Notes under the pieces: model-generated
The model's database searches: none
Told to the model about the DNA's origin: nothing
The model's input: the letters and a program-made list of their open reading frames with translations, nothing else
Program-made: the position numbers and the translations under genes
Virus record (IMG/VR): IMGVR_UViG_3300045988_087505
Span: 1-56,562 of that record
Source: a virus
Direction: 5' to 3' (one strand)
DNA: 56,562 nucleotides
Part shown: positions 18,782-27,566 of the stretch, in pieces
Layout of the letters: the number at the start of each line of letters is the position of its first letter
Numbering within the stretch: the first letter of the stretch is position 1

Positions 18782-19501
18782 ATGATAGTACATTGTTTAT
18801 TTGAACAGTCTGGCACATTCAAGAATGCTTTCAAGAAGTATGGAATTGAAGCCTACGATTATGATATTCAGAATGAATTTAACGAAACCGACTATGTTAT
18901 TGACCTTTTTAAAGAAATAGAGGGGGGGTATCAAGGTGAGCCGAGTTTGTTTGATAAGATAAGCCCTGATGATTTGATATTTGCATTTTTCCCTTGCACT
19001 TATTTTTCGGACCAGGGGTTAAGACATCTGGCTTGCACAGCTTATCAGTACAGGAATTACACTATTGAGCAAAAATGTGAATTGGCAATGAAACGGCATA
19101 AGGAACTTGATTTGTTTTATGAAAAGCTGAATAAATTAGTGATAATTTGTCAGCGAAGTCATTTGCAAATTGTAATTGAAAATCCATTGAATACAAGTGG
19201 ATTACATTACCTTACAAACTTCTGGTGCTTGAAGCCAAGTGTAATTGACAGGGATAGGACACAGAATGGGGATTATTACAAGAAGCCTACTCAGTATTGG
19301 TTTATTGGATTAAATCCTAAAAACAATCTTATTTTTGAGCCGTTGGAACAAGTAGAAAGTATGCAGCCAATACAATATATGACAAATAAAAATTCTTTAG
19401 GTATAGACAGAAAAACGGCAAGGTCAATGATACACCCACAGTACGCAGATAGATTTATCAGACAATATATTCTTGATGAAGAAATATGGAGAGGTAAATA
19501 A
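18782..19501 (+). CDS. Short cytosine-C5 DNA methyltransferase-like protein
   Basis: FFPCTYFS (motif IV-like PC..FS) and IENP (motif VI-like ENV). Only 239 aa, so the assignment is tentative. Confidence 0.45.
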   Translation: MIVHCLFEQSGTFKNAFKKYGIEAYDYDIQNEFNETDYVIDLFKEIEGGYQGEPSLFDKISPDDLIFAFFPCTYFSDQGLRHLACTAYQYRNYTIEQKCELAMKRHKELDLFYEKLNKLVIICQRSHLQIVIENPLNTSGLHYLTNFWCLKPSVIDRDRTQNGDYYKKPTQYWFIGLNPKNNLIFEPLEQVESMQPIQYMTNKNSLGIDRKTARSMIHPQYADRFIRQYILDEEIWRGK

Positions 19502-19692
19502 TGAAAGACGAAACAAAACAGGAAATATCCATAGTCCTTGACTTGCTAAAAGGCAGTCTTGCAAGAAATGGTGTAAGTATAGCAACAGACAGAAAGGGTA
19601 ACTTGATGTTCTTTGATACATCTGTCTATGTCAGAAGCAAAGGTAAGGAATTTGACGGATTTAGGGTTAATATCAATGACTTAGCGAGATGA
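19501..19692 (+). CDS. Hypothetical protein
   Basis: Start abuts the previous stop. Confidence 0.55.
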   Translation: MKDETKQEISIVLDLLKGSLARNGVSIATDRKGNLMFFDTSVYVRSKGKEFDGFRVNINDLAR

Positions 19693-19741
19693 AGAAAATT
19701 ACAACATAAGAAAAAGAATTAATTTGAAAGGAGATTATGAT

Positions 19742-20515
19742 ATGGCAATTTATAGAAACATCCAGCTTTCATTTTGGACTGATAATAAAGTCCTGGATGA
19801 ATTTACCCCGGAGGACAAGTATTTTTACTTGTACCTTCTGACAAACCCTCAGACGAATCTTTGTGGGTGCTACGAAGTTAGTTTCAAGAGCATGTCGGAC
19901 GATACCGGGTACACAAAAGAAACTATTGTTAGATTGCTGAAAAGATTTGAAGAAGTTCATGATATCATAAGATTCAACGAAGCAACAAAAGAAGTTTTGA
20001 TTTTGAAATGGTACAAATATAATTGGAGTAAATCAGAAAAGACATTAACTGGAGTTGCGAACGCTGCCAAATACATAAAATGTGAAGCATTTAAAAAATT
20101 TATAATTGATGCTGTTTCAAATATAAAAAACGGCATGCCTGTAAGCAATTTTTCTGATAATAAAACTAATGAGGTAAAAAATTTTTCTGCGTACATAGCA
20201 GATATGAATGAATGCATTGATTTTAATTCAGAAAAGGCATGGGATGATACATTTGCAATTTATCCTAAAAAAAGTGAAGCAGTGATAGCGAAGCAGCGGT
20301 GGATGGACAAATTAATTGAAGTTATTCCAAAAAACAGAAAAGCAGTTGCAATTTTGATTTATAAAGCAACAAAGAAGTACTTGAAAAATCATAAAGAAAA
20401 TAACCCGGATGATGTTGACTTTAGGTACATTCCAAAATATGGAGATTGGCTTGTGAAAGATTGTGATTATTGGATTGGTTTAGTTGAGAAAGAGGAAATG
20501 AACAATGCAGGATGA
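19742..20515 (+). CDS. Replisome organiser / DnaD-like replication initiation protein
   Basis: MAIYRNIQLSFWTDNKVLDEFTPEDKYFYLYLLTNPQTNLCGCYE is the common Firmicutes-prophage replication-protein N-terminus. It lies just upstream of dnaB. Confidence 0.7.
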   Translation: MAIYRNIQLSFWTDNKVLDEFTPEDKYFYLYLLTNPQTNLCGCYEVSFKSMSDDTGYTKETIVRLLKRFEEVHDIIRFNEATKEVLILKWYKYNWSKSEKTLTGVANAAKYIKCEAFKKFIIDAVSNIKNGMPVSNFSDNKTNEVKNFSAYIADMNECIDFNSEKAWDDTFAIYPKKSEAVIAKQRWMDKLIEVIPKNRKAVAILIYKATKKYLKNHKENNPDDVDFRYIPKYGDWLVKDCDYWIGLVEKEEMNNAG

Positions 20516-21827
20516 AGCAGAGTATGGGTTTATAAGTTGTATTTTGATTGACAATAAAACGATTGATGATTTTTCGGAGAAAATTTCTCCAAAAATGTTT
20601 TTTAATGAATTTTGTGCAGAGTGTTATGAAAAATCAAGAGCAATGCATGACAGGGGGGTATCGGTTAATCCGATATCCCTGGCACCAGAAGTAGAAAATC
20701 ACAAATGGTCAAGAGAATTTGTAATGAATGAGTTAAAAAAGTGTTTCAACATGACAGTTACATCTGTCATGTCAAAGAGTTTTGCCGAAACGATTATGAA
20801 AGATTACAAAGTTCGAGCCTTTTCTAATCTGATGAAAAATTCTTCGTTACTGCCGGCAGATATTGATAATACAATTTCTGATGCTTTGACAAAATTAGAA
20901 GCATTGCAGAGAAACAAGGAGAGAACTACAAAAACATTGAAACAGATCGTTTCTGAAAATAAGGACCGGTACTTTAATGAACATGTTGGAGAGGGTGGAC
21001 TGAAAACAGGTTTTTCTTTGCTTGATGATTGCATTGTTAGATTGGAAAAAGGGGACATTACAGTAATTGGTGCAAGGCCTGGTGTTGGAAAATCTGCATT
21101 TGTAGCACAGATTATAGAACAAGTTGCTGCTACTAATAAAAAAGTCATTTATTTTAATTTGGAAATGAATGAATCGCAGGTTTATGAAAGATTCGTTTCA
21201 AGGATATCACAAATCAGCATGAATCGTGTCAGGAGAGCGAAAGCTTTTCTTGGAAACGAAAAGGAAGCTTTTGATAAAGCAAATGAAATTATGAGCAATT
21301 ATGAAATCTCTGTTTCTACAGGTTCAAAATCTATTAGTGAGGTAAAAGCAGAATGCAGGTATCAAAATTATGATTTGATTGTTATTGATTACCTGCAGTT
21401 GATAAAGTCAGATCGATTTTACACAAACCGAGCTAGTGAGGTTGGAGAAATTTCAAAATCTGCAAAATCATTAGCAACAGAACTTAATTGTCATGTCATT
21501 GTACTGTCCCAGCTTAATCGAGTTTCAGAGTCAAGAGAAACGAAAGAGCCAACAATTGGAGAATTAAGGGAGTCAGGAGACATTGAACAGGATGCATCTA
21601 ATATTTTTCTTCTCTGGAACCTTGCGGAAGATAAGAATTACAAAGGATTGAATGTAGCAAAGCAACGGCAGGGAGAGTGTAGGAAATTTGGTGTAAAATT
21701 TTCTGGAGAATTTATGAAATTCGAGGAATCCGAACTTTCATTTGATGAATTTCTTAAATTAGCAAAGGAAGCATCTGAAAGTCAATTTTCTAAAGTTGAT
21801 AAAAACGAGATGCCGCTCGGGTGGTAA
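20505..21827 (+). CDS. dnaB: Replicative DNA helicase DnaB
   Basis: DnaB N-domain, Walker A GARPGVGKSAF, IVIDYLQL, SQLNR. Confidence 0.9.
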   Translation: MQDEAEYGFISCILIDNKTIDDFSEKISPKMFFNEFCAECYEKSRAMHDRGVSVNPISLAPEVENHKWSREFVMNELKKCFNMTVTSVMSKSFAETIMKDYKVRAFSNLMKNSSLLPADIDNTISDALTKLEALQRNKERTTKTLKQIVSENKDRYFNEHVGEGGLKTGFSLLDDCIVRLEKGDITVIGARPGVGKSAFVAQIIEQVAATNKKVIYFNLEMNESQVYERFVSRISQISMNRVRRAKAFLGNEKEAFDKANEIMSNYEISVSTGSKSISEVKAECRYQNYDLIVIDYLQLIKSDRFYTNRASEVGEISKSAKSLATELNCHVIVLSQLNRVSESRETKEPTIGELRESGDIEQDASNIFLLWNLAEDKNYKGLNVAKQRQGECRKFGVKFSGEFMKFEESELSFDEFLKLAKEASESQFSKVDKNEMPLGW

Positions 21828-21839
21828 AGGAGGTAATTC

Positions 21840-22061
21840 ATGTCAGAGGAAGAATTAAAAGTTTACTTTTCAATTTTCAACTCTTGTTGGAAGCTTTTTA
21901 AAAAATACTCCAATCCTGAAGACAATGATGATTTTTGGGAAAGACTAATGGAAGATTTAAACAAAGAAGTTGAAAATTATAAAAACTATGATTTTGCAAT
22001 AAAAATTTTGATGCAAACAGAAAAGGAAATTGAAGAAATTTTAAAAAGAAAGAGGGGTTGA
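21840..22061 (+). CDS. Hypothetical protein
   Basis: GGAGG RBS. Confidence 0.6.
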   Translation: MSEEELKVYFSIFNSCWKLFKKYSNPEDNDDFWERLMEDLNKEVENYKNYDFAIKILMQTEKEIEEILKRKRG

Positions 22062-22591
22062 ATTTGAAACCAATAGGCTGCACGCATCCCAATTGTTTTG
22101 TTTGCCCTTTTAAAGATTGCATTTATGACGATGCAGAAGAAAATGATGTAGAAGAATCGGAAGAATTAGATAATGAAATCATTTATAGCAGAAAAAAGCA
22201 AAAAGCGATTGAAGATGGGAAATTAAGTCACTTCAATTATATAAACTCTGAAAAAGGAAAAAGGAAAACATATGAGTACAATAATTCCAATCCAGGTAAA
22301 AAAAGGGAAAGGAGGTACAATCAATCCTTAAAAGGAAAAGAAAGATTTCATAGGTACTGGAGAAAAAAACATCCAAAAAAAACTCAAATGAAAACAATCC
22401 GTACATGGCTAAGTGACCGGGGGAAAATTTATTTTTATGATGAAAATAAGAACATCATAAAAATAAATGGAATTGAGATCAAACTAATTGGAGAAAATTA
22501 CATTGCAGGAGAAAGCATTTATAAGACGCAACGAGATGTTATTAATTGTTTTTTAATCCCTAGGTACGAGAAAGAATACAATAAAGTATAA
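22058..22591 (+). CDS. Hypothetical basic protein (N-terminal Cys cluster)
   Basis: ORF in operon. Confidence 0.6.
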   Translation: MNLKPIGCTHPNCFVCPFKDCIYDDAEENDVEESEELDNEIIYSRKKQKAIEDGKLSHFNYINSEKGKRKTYEYNNSNPGKKRERRYNQSLKGKERFHRYWRKKHPKKTQMKTIRTWLSDRGKIYFYDENKNIIKINGIEIKLIGENYIAGESIYKTQRDVINCFLIPRYEKEYNKV

Positions 22592-22595
22592 ACAA

Positions 22596-22856
22596 GTGAT
22601 AAGTTTTTCTGAAATACAAAAGATATCAGCAAGGGAAAGGAGGATTGTGCTGATGAAATTTTCAGAATTAACCAATATTGAAATTGAGAAAATTTTAAAA
22701 GATTGCAATTTTACGGAAGATGAAACAGAAATTTTTGTTCTTTCTTCAAAAGGGAAAAGTATAACGGAAATTTCCTATTATTGTTCTATAAGTGAAAGAA
22801 CAGTCAATAGAAAAATCAAAAAAATAAAAGAAAAAATTAATAAAATCGGAGGTTAA
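22596..22856 (+). CDS. Sigma-70 region-4-like HTH regulator (candidate late-gene activator)
   Basis: FTEDETEIFVLSSKGKSITEISYYCSISERTVNRKIKKIKEKI. Confidence 0.6.
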   Translation: MISFSEIQKISARERRIVLMKFSELTNIEIEKILKDCNFTEDETEIFVLSSKGKSITEISYYCSISERTVNRKIKKIKEKINKIGG

Positions 22857-22971
22857 TAATGGTAGTTATTACTTTAAATGGAAAAAAATTGCAAGCTGAT
22901 GAAATTGAGTTAAGCGAAAAAATCTTATCAATGATAGCTTCGATTATTGACAACAGGTAAAAACAAATGTA

Positions 22972-23010
22972 AAATGTGCTGCATAACGTGATAAATGCGG
23001 CACATTTTTT
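22972..23010 (+). terminator. Hairpin terminator directly upstream of int
   Basis: AAATGTGCTGCA-12 nt-TGCGGCACATTT followed by TTTTT. The loop carries the 16-mer repeated in inverted orientation after int. Confidence 0.6.
22985..23000. repeat. Left copy of the 16-bp inverted repeat flanking the integrase gene (AACGTGATAAATGCGG)
   Basis: Its reverse complement matches 24436..24451 at 15 of 16 positions. Confidence 0.85.
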
Positions 23011-23026
23011 ACTAAAGGAGGATTTA

Positions 23027-24391
23027 ATGATGGAATGTGTTGCGTACATGAGGGTTTCCACTGAAAAACAGGCAGAAGAGGGAAACGGACTGGAAAGCCA
23101 GAAAAGGGACATTGAAAATTATTGTAGAAGAAATGAGCTGATTGTGACAGATTGGTACATTGATGACGGTTACACAGGTGCTAATATGAACCGCCCGGAA
23201 CTACAAAGGCTGATTTCTGATTGCGGAAAGAAGAAAGTGAAATGCGTTGTTGCATTTAAACTTGACAGAATCTCAAGAAGTATGATTGATGGATTATACA
23301 TGATCGAAAGGATTTTTCAGCCAAACAACGTAATCTTTAAATGTGTGCATGACAGTGTGAGTTATAATAGCCCTATGGAGCAAGCTTATACGCAGATGAT
23401 GGCTGTTTTTGCTCAGCTAGACAAAAATACCATGATGCTTAGGATGCGAGGCGGTATGCTTGAGAGAGTTAAGCAAGGTTACTGGATGGGTGGTGGTAAT
23501 TTACCTTACTGTTATTCGTATAGCAAGGAGCAAGGCATATTAATACCTATTCCGGAACGTGCGGAGCAGGCAAGGAAAGCACTTGAATTATTCATATCCG
23601 GATATTCAGATGTAAAAATTAAAGAAATTTGTGGTTTCAAGGGTGAGCGAATTGTATATAACGTATTAACCAGTGTTATTAATATTGGTATGATACCTTA
23701 CAAGGGAGAAGTTTATCAGGGAAAACATGAACCTATTTTTGATAAAGATAAATTTAATTTAGGGTTAGAGTTAAGGAAGTCAAGACGTTCAGCAAAAGCC
23801 TGCTGTAAGACTGAGCCTAACTTGCTAACCGGATTGTGCTATTGCGGTGTGTGCGGTTGTGCAATGCGGTATCAGAAATGGACAAATGGAAAGCATAAAA
23901 TCTACTGCATGTCTCGAAACAAATCTATGAGTTACTTGCCTAATTACAATGCAAATTGCAATAATTCCCTTGAGTGGGCGGATTATATAGAAAAGCAAGT
24001 AGAAGAAGAAATTCTTAAAATATCACTTGATTTATCATCTTACAAACCAAAGGAAAAGGCGACAAAGCTTGAAATTATGCAATCACAGCTCGAAAAGGAG
24101 CAGACAAAGTTAAAAAGATTGTATGGATTGTACGCAGATGGAAATGATACTGTTTTAAGCATGATTAAAGAACTGGAAGCACAGATTAAGGAAATGAAAG
24201 CTAATATTGCAGCAGAAAGCAAAAACACAGCTAATATACAGAAAACAGAATTTGTTTATGAGAACATAAAAAAACTTGCCGACGTTTGGGATAACATCGA
24301 CAAGAAGCAAAAAAATATGATACTGAAAAGTATAATCAAAAAAATAGTAATTGTCAATGGAAACATTGAAATTCAGCTGAAAAATTTTTAG
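23027..24391 (+). CDS. int: Large serine recombinase (phage integrase)
   Basis: AYMRVSTEKQ resolvase-type catalytic N-terminus, recombinase domain, zinc ribbon CYCGVCGC...C, C-terminal coiled coil. AGGAGG RBS before the ATG at 23027. Confidence 0.9.
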   Translation: MMECVAYMRVSTEKQAEEGNGLESQKRDIENYCRRNELIVTDWYIDDGYTGANMNRPELQRLISDCGKKKVKCVVAFKLDRISRSMIDGLYMIERIFQPNNVIFKCVHDSVSYNSPMEQAYTQMMAVFAQLDKNTMMLRMRGGMLERVKQGYWMGGGNLPYCYSYSKEQGILIPIPERAEQARKALELFISGYSDVKIKEICGFKGERIVYNVLTSVINIGMIPYKGEVYQGKHEPIFDKDKFNLGLELRKSRRSAKACCKTEPNLLTGLCYCGVCGCAMRYQKWTNGKHKIYCMSRNKSMSYLPNYNANCNNSLEWADYIEKQVEEEILKISLDLSSYKPKEKATKLEIMQSQLEKEQTKLKRLYGLYADGNDTVLSMIKELEAQIKEMKANIAAESKNTANIQKTEFVYENIKKLADVWDNIDKKQKNMILKSIIKKIVIVNGNIEIQLKNF

Positions 24392-24432
24392 CACTTACTG
24401 CACGCAGTTCCCATGGCATATAGGAAGTGCTA
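24389..24432. other. 44-bp dyad (TAGCACTT-28 nt-AAGTGCTA) at the 3' end of int; candidate attP
   Basis: Perfect 8-bp arms. The size and imperfect dyad are of the kind used by serine integrases. The position is inferred only. Confidence 0.3.
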
Positions 24433-24435
24433 ATT

Positions 24436-24451
24436 CCGTATTTATCACGTT
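24436..24451. repeat. Right copy of the 16-bp inverted repeat flanking int (CCGTATTTATCACGTT)
   Basis: See 22985..23000. Confidence 0.85.
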
Positions 24452-24471
24452 TTTTATTAATAATTATTGAG

Positions 24472-24504
24472 TGTCGTTAAAATGTCGTTAAGGTGTCGCT
24501 TTTA
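24472..24504 (+). repeat. Three direct TGTCG(T/C)T repeats spaced exactly 11 bp apart
   Basis: TGTCG starts at 24472, 24483 and 24494. A weak hairpin and T7 follow. Confidence 0.8.
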
Positions 24505-24552
24505 GCGGCTTTTTTTGTGTGAAAATAAAATCAGAAAAGGAGAGTGATTGTT

Positions 24553-24708
24553 ATGTATGATGAGTATTTGAGAGAACGGCTACTCTCTGAGGAACAGATT
24601 CAAAAGTTAGACTTAGTAACGCAAACGATACTGTTTAGCATTATCGAAGATGTATTAGAGGAGATAGAAAATGATAAACAATCCATACCAAACAACACCT
24701 ATAGCTAA
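24553..24708 (+). CDS. Small hypothetical protein (51 aa)
   Basis: AAGGAGAG RBS; overlaps the next start; below the track cut-off. Confidence 0.4.
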   Translation: MYDEYLRERLLSEEQIQKLDLVTQTILFSIIEDVLEEIENDKQSIPNNTYS

Positions 24709-25207
24709 TTACACGAACCAGTACGGAGCCTATAACTATAACCCAATGAACAGGTATCAACAACAGGAACAGTTTATACCAGCACAACTACCGGTAACAA
24801 ATCAGCAGTCTCAGATGCAGCAGATGATGCCGCAACAAATTAATTTTGTAGGAAAAATCGTTGATGGAGAAGATACAGTAAAAGCAACAGACATTCCTAT
24901 GGATGGAAATATGTATTACTTTCCAAAAGCGGATGGAACAGAAATCTATGGAAAACAATGGATTGTAAACGAGGGAAGAACTCGTATTTTGACCTTTAAG
25001 CCTGCCGAAACATCAGATGTCAACAATTCTACTATGATGATAGAAAAGTCAAAATTTGACCTATCAGACGAAAGCACACAACTATTTCTGAATAAGTTTG
25101 ATGAATTATCAGAAAAGATAGGGCAGTTAGAAAATAGATTTGATAAATCTTTAGGAACACAAAGAAAAACTTCAAAAACTCAAAGCAAGGGTGGTGATGA
25201 AGAATGA
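24671..25207 (+). CDS. Q/N/Y/P-rich (prion-like N-terminus) protein of unknown function
   Basis: The first ~55 aa are almost only Q, N, Y, P and M. A small globular region follows (GKIVDGEDTVKATDIPMDGNMYYFPKADGTEIYGK). Confidence 0.7.
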   Translation: MINNPYQTTPIANYTNQYGAYNYNPMNRYQQQEQFIPAQLPVTNQQSQMQQMMPQQINFVGKIVDGEDTVKATDIPMDGNMYYFPKADGTEIYGKQWIVNEGRTRILTFKPAETSDVNNSTMMIEKSKFDLSDESTQLFLNKFDELSEKIGQLENRFDKSLGTQRKTSKTQSKGGDEE

Positions 25208-25434
25208 ACCCAATTAACCTTTTTCAAATGATGAGAGGTGGTCCTCAACAATTTTTACAGCAGATAATGAGCAATAATCAGCTTATGAGCAACCCAATGA
25301 TGAAAAATACAATGCAAATGGCACAGAAAGGCAATATGCAAGGCATAGAGCAGATGGCTAGAAATTTATGCAAAGAAAAGGGATTAAATGCAGATGATGT
25401 ATTTAATCAGATAAAAAGCAGATTTGGTAATTAG
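25204..25434 (+). CDS. M/Q/N-rich small protein (76 aa)
   Basis: ATGA overlap with the upstream gene; strongly biased composition. Confidence 0.65.
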   Translation: MNPINLFQMMRGGPQQFLQQIMSNNQLMSNPMMKNTMQMAQKGNMQGIEQMARNLCKEKGLNADDVFNQIKSRFGN

Positions 25435-25504
25435 TAGCATATTAGATGTCTTTGCAAACTACCTAGGTGACATCTTTATGAATATATTTTTAGGAGGTAA
25501 CAAT

Positions 25505-26293
25505 ATGTTTTCAAACTCAAATTGTGCCAGCGTACCATTAGTTGCAAACATTGACGGCAACGGCAATAACGGCGGATGGGCTGACGGCGGATGGCTTTGG
25601 ATAATCGTTGTTTTCGCATTGCTCTTTGGATGGGGCAATGGTGGATTTGGCGGTTTTGGTGGCAACAATGGCGGTGGCTATGTTGCGACAGCGGCTACAC
25701 AGGCTGATATTCAGAGAGGCTTCGACAATTCGGCAGTTATCAGTAAGTTAGATGGCATTTCCAACGGACTTTGCGATGGCTTTTATGCTATGAACAACAG
25801 TATGCTTACTGGCTTTAATGGCATAAATACAAACATTATGCAGACAGGCTACGGCATCCAGCAGGCTATTAACGCTGATACAGTCGCTAATATGCAGAAT
25901 ACAAATGCTTTACAGTCACAGCTTGCAAACTGTTGCTGTGAGACAAGAGAAGCTATTCAGGGTGTAAACTACAATATGGCAACCAACACTTGTGCTTTGC
26001 AGAACACCATGAACAACAACACGAGAGACATTATTGACAGCCAGCAGGCAGGAACGAGAGCTATCCTTGATTTCCTGACTAATGACAAGATTGCAACATT
26101 ACAGGCAGAGAACAATGATTTACGCAGAGCTGCTTCACAGGATAGACAGAATGCACTTCTGACTACCACAATGGCAGCACAGACAAACCAGATTATTGAT
26201 GCAGTAAGACCTACACCGGTACCATCATTCCCAGCAAGCAACCTTTACGGATATGCTTACGGATGCGGATGTAATACAGGCTGTGGCTGCTAA
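25505..26293 (+). CDS. Gly-rich single-pass membrane protein with an N/Q/T-rich extended region and Cys-rich C-terminus
   Basis: AGGAGG RBS before the ATG at 25505. GGWADGGWLWIIVVFALLFGWGNGGFGGFGGNNGGG, internal CCCE, C-terminal GCGCNTGCGC. Confidence 0.7.
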   Translation: MFSNSNCASVPLVANIDGNGNNGGWADGGWLWIIVVFALLFGWGNGGFGGFGGNNGGGYVATAATQADIQRGFDNSAVISKLDGISNGLCDGFYAMNNSMLTGFNGINTNIMQTGYGIQQAINADTVANMQNTNALQSQLANCCCETREAIQGVNYNMATNTCALQNTMNNNTRDIIDSQQAGTRAILDFLTNDKIATLQAENNDLRRAASQDRQNALLTTTMAAQTNQIIDAVRPTPVPSFPASNLYGYAYGCGCNTGCGC

Positions 26294-26396
26294 ACAACTG
26301 AATAATCAAGTATCTTAATCGGATTGAGTGCTTTTGAGTTCCACTCGAAAGAAAACTCGAAAGATTATGTCTGCTAAGCAGTATTACTTAAATTTA

Positions 26397-26430
26397 AAGG
26401 GCAGACTTGTATGGTTTGCCCTTATTTTTT
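26397..26430 (+). terminator. Internal terminator/attenuator within the cluster
   Basis: AAGGGCA-13 nt-TGCCCTT followed by ATTTTTT. Confidence 0.6.
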
Positions 26431-26449
26431 AGAAAGAGAGGTAAAGACA

Positions 26450-26869
26450 ATGGAAATTACAGGAATTGCATTACAAACAGTTGCTGCTGGCGAGGATGTG
26501 GCATTTACAGAAACACCAGTTTGCGGTAGCAAGTGTATCGTACACAGACAGGGAAGTGGAATTATCAAGTTAAGAGGTATCACCAATCAGTGCAAGGCTA
26601 GATTTTTGGTATCGTATTCCGGAAACATTCAGATTCCGACAGGCGGTACGGTTGGTGCTATATCACTTGCGATCGCGGTTGATGGGGAACCATTACAGTC
26701 AACAAGGATGATTGTAACTCCAGCCGCAGTCGAGAATTTATTTAATGTATCGGCACAAGCATATGTTGATGTACCTTGCGGATGTTGCAGTACAGTAGCA
26801 GTACAGAATACATCTACACAGGCTATTGAAGTTCAGAACAGTAATTTGATTGCAGTAAGGGAGGCTTGA
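26450..26869 (+). CDS. Beta-rich ~140-aa protein, possibly a C1q/TNF-like (BclA C-terminal-like) fold
   Basis: The composition and strand pattern recall exosporium BclA C-terminal domains. Contains PCGCCS. This is a weak call from memory. Confidence 0.6.
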   Translation: MEITGIALQTVAAGEDVAFTETPVCGSKCIVHRQGSGIIKLRGITNQCKARFLVSYSGNIQIPTGGTVGAISLAIAVDGEPLQSTRMIVTPAAVENLFNVSAQAYVDVPCGCCSTVAVQNTSTQAIEVQNSNLIAVREA

Positions 26870-26873
26870 TATT

Positions 26874-27506
26874 ATGCACAAATGGGCTAAACAGATTATG
26901 GAATGTGTCAAGGCTAAAGTTGAAGCAATCGGATTAGATAGCTTTGAGGGGCAGAACCTTGACGATTTAAAGGATTTTACAGAAATAGCGAAGAACATAG
27001 CTTGTTTTGATAAGGATTACAGAATTGTTGAAGCTATGGAAAAGTCAGAAGATAATGAGGATATTATGCGTATGCTTGAACAGTACGAAGATTATCCGGA
27101 CAGAAGATACTATGATGAATACCGCTATGCAAACGGCAGATTTGCACCAAAAGGCAGAGGAACACGCAGAGGATATGAAGAACCGCCATATTATCATATG
27201 TACCCTGAAGCAGAGTATATGAGGGATATGGATAGAGATTATGGAAAAATGTACTACACAGAGCCAACAACAGGCAGCAACATGAGAATGACAGAAAGCA
27301 GTTACGACAGGGCAAAGAGAATGTACACAGAAACTAAGGAAATGCACAAAGCTAATACGCCAGAGGATAAGGAGCATAAGATGAAGTCACTTGACAGCTA
27401 CGCAAAAGAACTTACAAGCGATATCACAGGTATGGTGGCTGATATGACGGCTGAGGAAAAGAATCTTCTGCGCAACAAGCTTAGTAACCTTGTTTCAAAG
27501 ATTTAA
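26874..27506 (+). CDS. Y/R/D/E/M-rich hypothetical protein
   Basis: 4-nt gap to the upstream gene; low-complexity middle (RRYYDEYRYANGRF...YYHMYPEAEYMRDMDRDYGKMYY). Confidence 0.65.
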   Translation: MHKWAKQIMECVKAKVEAIGLDSFEGQNLDDLKDFTEIAKNIACFDKDYRIVEAMEKSEDNEDIMRMLEQYEDYPDRRYYDEYRYANGRFAPKGRGTRRGYEEPPYYHMYPEAEYMRDMDRDYGKMYYTEPTTGSNMRMTESSYDRAKRMYTETKEMHKANTPEDKEHKMKSLDSYAKELTSDITGMVADMTAEEKNLLRNKLSNLVSKI

Positions 27507-27512
27507 TGCAAA

Positions 27513-27550
27513 AGGCTATGGGTAGCAATATTCATAGCCTATTTTTCTTT
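27513..27550 (+). terminator. Intrinsic terminator ending the cluster
   Basis: AGGCTATG-12 nt-CATAGCCT followed by ATTTTTCTTT. Confidence 0.75.
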
Positions 27551-27566
27551 TAAAGGAGGTGTATTT

